Origin: a virus
Lineage: Duplodnaviria; Caudoviricetes
Virus record (IMG/VR): IMGVR_UViG_3300031912_000058
Coordinates: 1 to 24,031 of that record
DNA: 24,031 bases
Reading direction: 5' to 3' (one strand)
Shown here: piece after piece, positions 15,505-24,031 of the stretch
Position numbering within the stretch: position 1 is the stretch's first letter
Layout of the letters: each line of letters starts with the position of its first letter
The notes under the pieces: generated by a model
Seen by the model: the letters and a program-made list of their open reading frames with translations, nothing else
Told to the model about the DNA's origin: nothing
Databases searched by the model: none
Made by a program: the position numbers and the translations under genes

Positions 15505-18376
15505 TGGATTTCCTCGCCGCTGGTTTTGGCTTCGGTTTCATCTTGGCGACCTTAATCTGCGCGTCGGCGCCGATCTTGGCAATACGTTCCTTGCTCTGGA
15601 TTTCCTGACGCTTGGTCACACGGTCCTGCCGGTCCATGTTGCGCTTGTGCTTGAGTTCAAGCTTAGAAGTCTTGCGCTCGTGTTCTAGCTCGGCTTCCTG
15701 TTTCTCGCGCTCTAATTCCATAGCATGATGATGCTTCTCACGTTCCAGTTCCATGGACTGTTCGTGCTTGTCGCGCTCCAAATCCAGCTTGGACTGGTTT
15801 TCAAAGTGCTTGTTGGCCATATCCATGACCATGCCGCCGCGCTTGAAAGTCTGTTCATTCTGCTGATGCTGAAGATCAAGTTCATGCTGCTGCTGCTGTT
15901 GCGCCATATCCTGCTGGGATTCGACATTGGCCCGGTGGTGGTCGAGCAACATATCCATGGCCTTCTGATGCAGATTGGCATCAACCTCCTTGCCATGGAT
16001 GATGCTTTCCTCCTGAATGCGCAGCCGCTCCAGAACCTGTTTCATCTGCTCGGACCGCTCGCGGGACTCACGGTCGGCCGCCTTGTCGGACGACTGGATT
16101 TGAGCCAGCTTCAGTTTCAGCATGGCCTGCATGGTCTGAGATTGCTGCTGCTGGGCATTGGCCTGCTGCTTGGCCTGTGCCGCAATCAAGGACGGATTTG
16201 GCGGTGGTGGTGCAGGCGTCTGACGGAATAGACCCTCGGGATCGATACCGGTAATCCGCATAATACGGGTATCCACGGCGATAGGATCATACAGATCGGG
16301 CGCACTTTGCTGCAAAGTCTTGATGACCACAGCCTTGGCGATCCGGTGCATCGATGTCGGGTTGTTGGGATCAGCCACTGGGACAAGGTTGGCGTCCTTC
16401 AGGCAAGCAATGAATTGCTCTTTGCGCCAAGGCGGGATCGCATTGATGTAACCGTGGCGCCAGAACGCATCCGGGTCTTCAAGAAAGCGCTGCTTCAGAA
16501 GCTGGAATTCCTTGGCTTGGGCCGCATGGAGCCTTTTATGGACAGCATCCATGACCTTGGTGTTTTGCTCGATCATGGCCAAGATGGTACCGACAGGGGT
16601 TTCGGCGTTGCCTTCGCCGATATCGACCTGTGCGGAGCCACCAACGCGCTGGCCCAGCTGCTCCAGATTTTGCGTCAAGTTCACAAAGGCCGCACCGGGG
16701 TCTTTGTAAGGGATCGGCATGATGGCTTGCTGGATGGGCAGGTTACCGGTGTCCAGTGCGACACCCGCGCCCGGCGGCACCCGGAACAGGTTGGTTAGCT
16801 GCCTGCCGTACTCCTTCTTGTAAATAAAACCCGGAAAGGATGCGAACATTCCGGCATCAAGTTGTATACGGAGGGCGGCCGTAAGGGCAGTGGTGATGTT
16901 GCCGAGGATATGAATGAGACCAATGCCGTAGAATCCAAGGGCACGAACGAATGGAAAATCAACGAAGTACTCCCGAGCCATGCACATCTTATCGTCTTCG
17001 TCCCAATTGCGGCGAAGGGCGAGGATTTGACGGCTTTCTTTGTGAATCGTGACAACATAGGGAAGTTGAAGCCCGGTGATCTTTCCCGATCTGCTTTTAT
17101 GTTCGAAGCCCGCAATATCGAGTTCGCAGTAGCACTCATAGATCTCGTGTTCCGAATCCTGCGGTCGCTTGACAACTTGCTTGATGCCGTCGATCTCCCG
17201 CTTTTTCTCGGTGACCGGGTCCTCCATAGGGTACTGGGTTGGCATCAAGTCCAGATTGTCCCGGTAAGCTCCGGCGATCTGCATCCTTTTCAAATAGGAT
17301 GGACGCATCTTGATGCGGTGCGTGATCCGTCCGCAGTTCTCAAGGTTGTTTTCGGCATTGGACACGATGAGGTCTTCGGCGTCGATACTTTCCGAGACCG
17401 GCCGCCGTTTGATCGGATCGTTGTAGACTTTCTTGACGCCCTGCCCACCAGCGCCGATCCAGAACAGCATCCTGTCCGTATCCGGAACATATTCAGTCGC
17501 AACCGTCATCAGCCAATGGTTCAGACCGGTTTCCAACGCTTCCGCCATTTCGTCGGAGTGCTGCGACATGATCCCGGGAATGACCGGCTTGGGCGGCGCC
17601 ATCAGCCCGGTTGGCGGGGGCGGTGGTTGGGGTGGCGCTCCACCCGGCGGCATTCCAGGCGGCATACCGGGCATCCCGCCCGGAGGTGGACCGGGAGGTA
17701 ATGGCCTCCCTCCGGGCGGTACGGGAGGTGCAGGCTGGGGCCCACCTCCTATCGGTGGTCCGCCGGAAGGTGGGGGAAGTGGACCACCGGGTCCTTGTGG
17801 CATCGGACCCTGACCTAATTGCGGCGGGGGTGGCGGGGGCGGCGGTGGAACTGGTGGCTGCGTCAACTCCTTGGGCGGAATTGGATTGTCGTTTCGTATC
17901 TTAAGAGGACCGGAGGCAGGTAATAGTTCACCTCTAGCTGTGGCCTGAAATCTGAGGACAGCTTCGAGCAGTAGGGGGTGTTGGACTTTAGAGACACCCT
18001 CTGCCGTAACCTCACCTGTAGGCTCGTGAAGCTTGAGTCCCAATAGGGCGATACCTCGTGAACGGGTATCCAGCCAGTCTCGCCGTGAATCATCGTCGTT
18101 CTGAATCCCTTCAAGCAGTTCCGATGCAATCCGCGCCAGTTCCCCCGGTTCGATGTCGTCCGCAAGGTTGCCAAACCACTTTGGTTTGGCATGTCCGTTC
18201 ATCCTTGGCTTAAAGTCCAGAGTGAGCGACCCGTCTGGATTTTCTGTATGTCCCACACCGTTATGGATCGTCGTAGCCATCCCTGTGGGATTGCCGAGAT
18301 CAATGGTACTCGGCAATTTAAAAGGGTTAGGTCGTTGGGGATCTGGTAAAAGCAGTGGATCAAGCCGACTAACCAT
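15497..18376 (-). CDS. Portal protein
   Basis: 959 aa directly after terL; HPLLLEAVLRFQA..ELLPASGP, KKVYNDP, LPYVVTI, GFYGIGLIH..G and ETPVGT..A motifs; long C-terminal coiled coil (P22-like architecture). Confidence 0.88.
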   Translation of the reverse strand: MVSRLDPLLLPDPQRPNPFKLPSTIDLGNPTGMATTIHNGVGHTENPDGSLTLDFKPRMNGHAKPKWFGNLADDIEPGELARIASELLEGIQNDDDSRRDWLDTRSRGIALLGLKLHEPTGEVTAEGVSKVQHPLLLEAVLRFQATARGELLPASGPLKIRNDNPIPPKELTQPPVPPPPPPPPPQLGQGPMPQGPGGPLPPPSGGPPIGGGPQPAPPVPPGGRPLPPGPPPGGMPGMPPGMPPGGAPPQPPPPPTGLMAPPKPVIPGIMSQHSDEMAEALETGLNHWLMTVATEYVPDTDRMLFWIGAGGQGVKKVYNDPIKRRPVSESIDAEDLIVSNAENNLENCGRITHRIKMRPSYLKRMQIAGAYRDNLDLMPTQYPMEDPVTEKKREIDGIKQVVKRPQDSEHEIYECYCELDIAGFEHKSRSGKITGLQLPYVVTIHKESRQILALRRNWDEDDKMCMAREYFVDFPFVRALGFYGIGLIHILGNITTALTAALRIQLDAGMFASFPGFIYKKEYGRQLTNLFRVPPGAGVALDTGNLPIQQAIMPIPYKDPGAAFVNLTQNLEQLGQRVGGSAQVDIGEGNAETPVGTILAMIEQNTKVMDAVHKRLHAAQAKEFQLLKQRFLEDPDAFWRHGYINAIPPWRKEQFIACLKDANLVPVADPNNPTSMHRIAKAVVIKTLQQSAPDLYDPIAVDTRIMRITGIDPEGLFRQTPAPPPPNPSLIAAQAKQQANAQQQQSQTMQAMLKLKLAQIQSSDKAADRESRERSEQMKQVLERLRIQEESIIHGKEVDANLHQKAMDMLLDHHRANVESQQDMAQQQQQHELDLQHQQNEQTFKRGGMVMDMANKHFENQSKLDLERDKHEQSMELEREKHHHAMELEREKQEAELEHERKTSKLELKHKRNMDRQDRVTKRQEIQSKERIAKIGADAQIKVAKMKPKPKPAARKSNG

Positions 18377-18390
18377 GATACCGCCCTACA

Positions 18391-21012
18391 TCAACACGGA
18401 TATAACACGCCCATTCTGGGTCTATACCTGTATTGTTCCTCAATCTCGTATCTGGCCTCTTCGCGGGTCAGGGCATAGCCAAAGTCGCGCAAGTACCGCA
18501 TAGCCATGGTCACGCTGTCAACCAGGTCGTCATGGGTGCCTTTCGGGAAGACGGCGCACTGGTTGATGACCTGATCAGCCCAAGTGATGCCCTTTGGCGT
18601 GTAAACCATCCCATCCGCAAATAGATGAATGATGCTGTGCGCTCGCGCCACCTTGTCCCGGTCAACCATGCCCTTGCCAGGATTGACCAATTCGATGCCA
18701 AACAGGCCGTTAAAGCCAATCAGACGCCTGATTTCCTGACTGACAGACAAGCCAGACGCCTTGCTTTCGATCAGAAGTCTGTCAACCGGCGGACGGCCGG
18801 TTGCCAGATCACCTGCGCAAGATTGGATGACCTTATTGACCAGCGCATGCATTTCCAGACGTTCGTTCCAAGCGTGCAACAGGATAAATTTCGGGTTCCG
18901 GTTGGCGTCCCTGAACAAGCCCCAGATCGTCAAGGCGCTGGCGTCGTTCTCCTGTTTTTCGGTATAGGCTGTATCCAAAGAAGCAAGAATGTACTCAATG
19001 TTTTCAGGAAACTTAGGCGCATCCCAAGTTTGCCAATAGTCGCGGCGAATGATTGAACCACCCCGGATTTCAGGGCTTTGCTGGTACTGACCGGACCATG
19101 CATACTCTTTCTTGGCATGCCGAATTTCTTCACACTGTTCCGTGCCAAACCGTTCCGGCCACGCAAGGTCACCTTCATTGTGACGGGGATCGACCCAAAA
19201 GACTTTCTCCGGGGGAATTTCTTGGTCATCCCAGAGATCGAAGTTTCTGATCTTTCCTTCAACATCATAGCCGCATACCATCCCGTTTGGCACATAGTAC
19301 ATGGGGATGCATAAATGCGTGTACCCGAGATCATTATCCAACGCGACGCCGGACACATCTTCCTCATGCAGCCGCTGCTGTATCACGACAATGGCACTTT
19401 CCTTGGGGTTATTCAGACGATCTGGCACAACTTCGGTAAACCACATATTTGTGGTCCAACGCACCGCTTCACTTTCCATCATCATGGTGTTGTTCGGATC
19501 ATCGATTACAAAGCGGTCTCCGCGTTCACCGACGCCGATGCCGCCGACCGACGTCGCGAGCTTCCATCCGGTCTGATCATTGGCGAACTTGACTTTGGTG
19601 AACTGCTCATTGGAGATACGAAACCGGCCCCGCCAAAGCCGCTGGTAGCGCTCACTCATGACGACATTGCGGCAGCGCAAATTATCGCGCTCTGTCAGAT
19701 GGTTCGAATAGGAAGCACAGACATAGCGATACCATGGTCGATTCTGCGGACCCCATTCCCACGCAGGCCAGAAGACGTTTGTAAGAAGTGAATTTCTCGT
19801 TACAAAACAATGACTTGCTGCAACATAAATGCCCCCATCTACTTCAATACAATTGACGACTTTCTGACCAATCGGAACCACAGATTTTATATATCGATAC
19901 CCAATGCGACTTGCGCGGGGCGGTATTTTTCTGGCGTCGAGACGAGATTGTTTTCTTTCTAGTTTAAATACCTTAGCGCCAAGTGGCGGCGTAAACCTTA
20001 ACCTATTGCCATTACGAGAGGCCTTGATGCCAAGGCTGGATAAAATCCTATGCAACCCATCGATGATCTTTTCATTTTCACTAGTAAATCTGCATCTTAC
20101 CTGACCATCTCGATCTATGTCAGCCTGACCATCACTATCCATAAGACCACGAACAAGTTCCCAGCGCTGGGCTACACTACCCTCAAAATATTCCTCCGGA
20201 ATATGTTTATTTTTGACAAGGTCAAAATAGTGAAGTCGTTCTTTTAGATCATCTATTTGAACTCGGTGGGCGGTTCCAGTACCCACCACTTCCCGCCCAA
20301 GGATTTCTACATGAGCCAAATCCGTTTTCCCGCAATAGATAACTGCCAAACCAGCATCTCCGTCACCAAGCCAATATCCCAACAAATATGGCTCAATTTC
20401 GAGATCGGCACGCGGGAATTGAATAGGAGCGGACATAGGAATGCGATCTGACCGCTGGCGCCCCTTACCAACAAGGAGGTCTCTGGTCTCTACGATTAAG
20501 GACTTTCTGCCCCACTTTCCTCTTCCATCATGGTTTTGATTGGGAAAATCTCTTTCAATCGCCCATTCATGAGCGGCGCCAGCCGTAATCTTTAAACCAT
20601 CGTCAAATGTAATCTCGTAACATGGTTCCAGCACATTGGGCGTACGATTGGTGATCACCCGGGGCAAGCCATCTGGCCCAAAAACATAGTCCCCAATTCT
20701 CAATGCCCCGTGAGGTTTCCAGCCGCCAAGGGTCGGGACCAGGGTTTCGTAAGTTATCGCCTTGGTAAAGCCAGGTGGAACGTTAATTAAGAGCCTCCTT
20801 ATTTCGCCCTTGGTGACAGCCTGTAAATGCTCGGCAATGGCGGTAATCGCCCACCCTTCCACAAAGGGGATGGCTGGTTCCACAACCGGCCAGACATAGC
20901 GCACGAAGGAGAGTAAATCTCCCTCCATGGCCCGGGCTTCAGCCTTTTCACGAAGCTTGGCGGTCGCCAGTGTCACATTTCTGGCTATTTCTGAACGCAG
21001 GAGATCATTCAT
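18391..21012 (-). CDS. terL: Terminase large subunit with intein
   Basis: RLLINVPPGFTK/S Walker A, VIDDP Walker B, QRLHEED, YQQSP, SLDTA, LIESKASG and FPKGTHDDLVDS nuclease motifs. Confidence 0.95.
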   Translation of the reverse strand: MNDLLRSEIARNVTLATAKLREKAEARAMEGDLLSFVRYVWPVVEPAIPFVEGWAITAIAEHLQAVTKGEIRRLLINVPPGFTKAITYETLVPTLGGWKPHGALRIGDYVFGPDGLPRVITNRTPNVLEPCYEITFDDGLKITAGAAHEWAIERDFPNQNHDGRGKWGRKSLIVETRDLLVGKGRQRSDRIPMSAPIQFPRADLEIEPYLLGYWLGDGDAGLAVIYCGKTDLAHVEILGREVVGTGTAHRVQIDDLKERLHYFDLVKNKHIPEEYFEGSVAQRWELVRGLMDSDGQADIDRDGQVRCRFTSENEKIIDGLHRILSSLGIKASRNGNRLRFTPPLGAKVFKLERKQSRLDARKIPPRASRIGYRYIKSVVPIGQKVVNCIEVDGGIYVAASHCFVTRNSLLTNVFWPAWEWGPQNRPWYRYVCASYSNHLTERDNLRCRNVVMSERYQRLWRGRFRISNEQFTKVKFANDQTGWKLATSVGGIGVGERGDRFVIDDPNNTMMMESEAVRWTTNMWFTEVVPDRLNNPKESAIVVIQQRLHEEDVSGVALDNDLGYTHLCIPMYYVPNGMVCGYDVEGKIRNFDLWDDQEIPPEKVFWVDPRHNEGDLAWPERFGTEQCEEIRHAKKEYAWSGQYQQSPEIRGGSIIRRDYWQTWDAPKFPENIEYILASLDTAYTEKQENDASALTIWGLFRDANRNPKFILLHAWNERLEMHALVNKVIQSCAGDLATGRPPVDRLLIESKASGLSVSQEIRRLIGFNGLFGIELVNPGKGMVDRDKVARAHSIIHLFADGMVYTPKGITWADQVINQCAVFPKGTHDDLVDSVTMAMRYLRDFGYALTREEARYEIEEQYRYRPRMGVLYPC
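19792..20760 (-). mobile_element. Class 3-type intein with LAGLIDADG homing endonuclease (323 aa)
   Basis: Junctions PPGFTK/AITYET and FVTRN/SLL; LLGYWLGDG and LVRGLMDSDG motifs; lower GC than the exteins. Confidence 0.92.
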
Positions 21013-21018
21013 GGGGCC

Positions 21019-21053
21019 ATTATAGCGCCTGCCTTAATTTAGACAAACTGTCT
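21019..21053 (-). promoter_or_regulatory. Putative sigma70 promoter for a leaderless terL transcript, with a palindrome over -35
   Basis: TTGTCT(21046-21041)-N16-TATAAT(21024-21019), 6 nt before the ATG; AGACA-aac-TGTCT at 21041-21053. Confidence 0.6.
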
Positions 21054-21068
21054 CCCCAAGATGGGTTT

Positions 21069-21266
21069 ATGAACATCAAAGACCTTCGCAGACTGCGTGA
21101 CGACACCCAACGTCGTTGGGCTGAACTCCACCGTCTTGGCGACTACGACGCCAACACCCCTTACATCAAAAGCACCCTCTGGAACTTACTCCATCTGATT
21201 GAACACGCCATTCAGATGCACCCCGACCTCGGAAAGAGGGCCCGCAAGACAAAGAAGGCTCCCTGA
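21069..21266 (+). CDS. Small hypothetical protein (65 aa)
   Basis: Start re-called to ATG 21069 (MNIKDLRRLRDD...) to avoid overlap with terL; TGATG coupling to the next gene. Confidence 0.6.
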   Translation: MNIKDLRRLRDDTQRRWAELHRLGDYDANTPYIKSTLWNLLHLIEHAIQMHPDLGKRARKTKKAP

Positions 21267-21838
21267 TGCAGGCTCCCACCCTCAGATCAGCCCGGCTGAT
21301 CCTGTCCGAACCCATGATCCATCGCGGTATGGATATGACGCATTATCTGAAGTGGCTGAACGACCCGGTCGTCACGCGTTATTCGGAACAACGGCATCAG
21401 AAACACACCAAGGACAGCCAGTACAGATACCTGCAATCCTATATCCACAATGAGGACATGTACTGGGATATCAAGCTTGAGGAAAACCCTATCGGGTCAA
21501 TGACCGCGTTGCTCGACCATGCCAACATGGTCGCCAATGTCGGCATCCTGATCGGGGACGTGCGCTACTGGGGACGTGGCTTTGCCTGCGAAGCCTATGA
21601 CGCCGCCTGTGAATATCTGTTTGGCGAGCGCTTTCGCAAGATCGAAGGCGGCACCATGGCTTGCAATGAGGCCATGATCAGTGTCTTCAAGAAGCTTGAG
21701 TTTACCCAAGAGGCCGTGATCAAGGACCACTTCCTGTTCAACGGACAACCAAAGGACCTGCTCATCTATGGCAAAATCCGCGCCACCAAAGTCCTCGCCC
21801 TCAAATCAGATCAAAGAGAACGGCGAGGCCCAGAATGA
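21266..21838 (+). CDS. GNAT acetyltransferase, RimJ/RimL type
   Basis: LRSARLIL, YLKWLNDPVVTRY, VGILIGDVRYWGRGFA and NEAMISVFKKLEF..E motifs. Confidence 0.88.
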   Translation: MQAPTLRSARLILSEPMIHRGMDMTHYLKWLNDPVVTRYSEQRHQKHTKDSQYRYLQSYIHNEDMYWDIKLEENPIGSMTALLDHANMVANVGILIGDVRYWGRGFACEAYDAACEYLFGERFRKIEGGTMACNEAMISVFKKLEFTQEAVIKDHFLFNGQPKDLLIYGKIRATKVLALKSDQRERRGPE

Positions 21839-22652
21839 TGTCCTCGGGTTCTGGAATGAAATGGCTGAGAAATACGGTCACTCCGATAAGGCCACCAACC
21901 CAGATCAGCACTACCGCAAGCTTGAAATAGAATCTATTCTTCGGGTCATTGGCTTGATGCCCCATGAGACCATCCTTGACGCTGGTTGCGGGAACGGCTT
22001 CACCACGGATATGATTGGCGACAAGTTTCCGGATTCTGATGTTGTTGGGGTGGATTTTTCGCCGAAGATGATCAAACAGGCGAAGGATTTGGGCAGTGGA
22101 CCCAATATCGAGTTCCACGAGGGCGACGTTCTATCTCTGTCGCGCAATCGATATCTTATTCCGCGTCATTATGACGTGGTCATTTCTACGCGCTGTCTCA
22201 TCAATTTATCGAACTGGGAAGAACAGAAAATTGCCATTCTCGAAATGAGAAAGATGCTGAAACCTGATGGTCGCCTGATCTTGGTGGAAAACTTCAAGGA
22301 AGGCTTGGCAAACCTCAATCTCATTCGCAACGCGCTTGGCCTACCTCCGATCACCGAACGCTGGCACAATTTCTACATTCCGGATGACAGTTTCAAGCGA
22401 TTTATTGCCCAGGGACAGAACATCTTCGCGCTCGAATACAGCGAAAACATCGGCCATTTCTACTACATGGCGTCCCGTGTGCTCTATGCCAAAATCTGCC
22501 AGGAAAAAGGTATCGAACCCGATTATGACAGCGATATCAATAGAATTGCAGCGCAGATGCCGACCTTCGGCAATGAATGCGGATGCTCTCCCAATCTCCT
22601 TCTGGTCTTGAGGAACGCAAATGGAAGTACCCCAAACCGAAGCCTTTCTTAA
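21768..22652 (+). CDS. Class I SAM-dependent methyltransferase
   Basis: ILDAGCGNG motif I, VGVDFSPKMI, YDVVISTRCLINL, LKPDGRLILVE. Confidence 0.9.
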   Translation: MAKSAPPKSSPSNQIKENGEAQNDVLGFWNEMAEKYGHSDKATNPDQHYRKLEIESILRVIGLMPHETILDAGCGNGFTTDMIGDKFPDSDVVGVDFSPKMIKQAKDLGSGPNIEFHEGDVLSLSRNRYLIPRHYDVVISTRCLINLSNWEEQKIAILEMRKMLKPDGRLILVENFKEGLANLNLIRNALGLPPITERWHNFYIPDDSFKRFIAQGQNIFALEYSENIGHFYYMASRVLYAKICQEKGIEPDYDSDINRIAAQMPTFGNECGCSPNLLLVLRNANGSTPNRSLS

Positions 22653-23232
22653 AGGCGAAGGCGATGCATGGTATCATCGCAACAAGGACAAGCCAAAGCG
22701 TGACTCCATCACGCCAATGGTCATAAATCTTGACCTGAAGCCCACAGAGATCGTCGTGTTTGGTTGCTCTGACGGCTGGCAAGTTGACAATCTGCACCAG
22801 CTTTTTCCAGACGCCCATATTCTCGGCGTTGATCCATCACACGACGCCATCGAGGATGCACGCAAGTCATACAAAGCCCCACGGGTCGAATTCATGGTTG
22901 GCACGGTTGATTTCCCCAAGATCAAATCCGCCGATCTGATCATCTATGCCTTTTGCCTATATCTGGTGGACCGCAACCTGTTGCAACGTGTCGTCATGGA
23001 AGCCGACGCTATGTTGCGCGAAGGTGGCCATATCATCATCCATGATTTTGCTGCCCTGAATCCGCGCAAGGTGCCCTACAAGCACAAGGAAGGCCTGTTC
23101 TCCTACAAGATGAACTATAGCAAACTTTGGACGGGCAACCCGGCCTATCAGTTGATCGGTGAGTTTTACCCCGATACAGAAACCCGCGTTTGGGCTTTGC
23201 GCAAAGATACAGATCAGGGATGGGCCCTATGA
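22621..23232 (+). CDS. Class I SAM-dependent methyltransferase
   Basis: GAGGA SD; FLKGEGDAWYHRN, VFGCSDG (variant motif I), GVDPS, LREGGHIIIHDF. Confidence 0.82.
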   Translation: MEVPQTEAFLKGEGDAWYHRNKDKPKRDSITPMVINLDLKPTEIVVFGCSDGWQVDNLHQLFPDAHILGVDPSHDAIEDARKSYKAPRVEFMVGTVDFPKIKSADLIIYAFCLYLVDRNLLQRVVMEADAMLREGGHIIIHDFAALNPRKVPYKHKEGLFSYKMNYSKLWTGNPAYQLIGEFYPDTETRVWALRKDTDQGWAL

Positions 23233-24031
23233 AAATCGGCATCCTCGGCTATGGATCAATTGGACGGCGACATACCAAGAACGCTACAGCGCTTGGTCAT
23301 CAAACTCGCGTTTATGATCCTCAAATCGGTGACTTCACGCGTGAACATGTCATCGGATGGGCCGACGCCATCATTGTGGCCTCACCTACGGAAGATCACG
23401 TTATTGATCTTCATGATTCCCTTGCATCCGGAAAACACGTGCTGGTCGAAAAGCCGATTGGCTATGATAGCCCGAATACAATCGAGAACATTTTTTCAAA
23501 CGCCGCGTATGACCTCATTGTCGCCACCGGCTTCAATCTGCGTTTTCATTCCTGCGTTCAAGAAACAGTCAGAGTTCTCAATAAGGGCTTGCTCGGTGAC
23601 ATTCAGTGCGCATCGTTCTCCGTTTTGCAGAAATCCGACAAATCGCCCTATCTGCGTGATGGCGTCATCCGAAATTGGGCTGTTCATGAGATCGATCTGG
23701 CGCATTTCTTCTTCGGCGAGGGCGGAGTCATTCAATGCACCGCTCCAATGGACGATCAAGGCAAGGATTCGACCGAGTGCTTCATCACTATGAAGTTTCC
23801 GTCCGTTGCGGACCGGGTTTTCATTCAGGCCGACTACTACACCGACCCACAGCAGCGATTTTACTGGATCGAGGGCAGCGTAGCTTCAATTTATGTCAAC
23901 CTGATCCGCCGTGAGATCGCCATGCGCATCAATGGCGAAGGCATGGCATTGTATTTTCAGGGTCATGACAGCTTTGATGACAACTATGTCGATGAACTCA
24001 AGACGTTCATCAACGTCATAGAGACTTCAGA
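23229..24031 (+). CDS. Gfo/Idh/MocA-family NAD(P)-dependent oxidoreductase, truncated by the window edge
   Basis: Not in the track; ATGA overlap; hand translation open to the end: MKIGILGYGSIGRRH...IIVASPTEDH...HVLVEKP...GFNLRFH...HEID. Confidence 0.9.
   Translation, partial: MKIGILGYGSIGRRHTKNATALGHQTRVYDPQIGDFTREHVIGWADAIIVASPTEDHVIDLHDSLASGKHVLVEKPIGYDSPNTIENIFSNAAYDLIVATGFNLRFHSCVQETVRVLNKGLLGDIQCASFSVLQKSDKSPYLRDGVIRNWAVHEIDLAHFFFGEGGVIQCTAPMDDQGKDSTECFITMKFPSVADRVFIQADYYTDPQQRFYWIEGSVASIYVNLIRREIAMRINGEGMALYFQGHDSFDDNYVDELKTFINVIETS

Noticed and set aside
23251-23793. Track ORFs of 180 aa (+) and 87 aa (-)
   Set aside because: Out-of-frame shadows of the oxidoreductase starting at 23229
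1-24031. Genome-wide stop-codon reassignment as the explanation for the capsid UAA
   Set aside because: TAA, TAG and TGA all end genes normally here, and readthrough of the UAA would not restore the capsid frame

Overview
Tailed-phage (or prophage) DNA with two divergent blocks. On the minus strand (21012 to <1) is a ~21-kb virion morphogenesis operon. It runs from an intein-containing large terminase through portal, small basic GG-motif proteins, a GroES-like co-chaperonin, putative scaffold, head accessory proteins, major capsid protein and a free-standing HNH-AP2 endonuclease, then many Ser/Thr/Gly-rich putative virion or tail proteins and a truncated ORF with a GT42/Maf-like N-terminal motif. 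On the plus strand (21069 to >24031) are a GNAT acetyltransferase, two SAM methyltransferases and a Gfo/Idh/MocA oxidoreductase, resembling sugar-modification genes. The most striking feature is in the capsid gene. Its apparent true start (GTG 11377) is followed after 16 codons by CUU-UAA-G-CUC inside a hairpin. This 7-nt gap must be crossed by ribosomal hopping or +1 frameshifting to make full-length capsid, unless it is a mutation or assembly error. A large nested stem-loop leader lies just upstream. All assignments come from reading motifs by eye; no database search was run.
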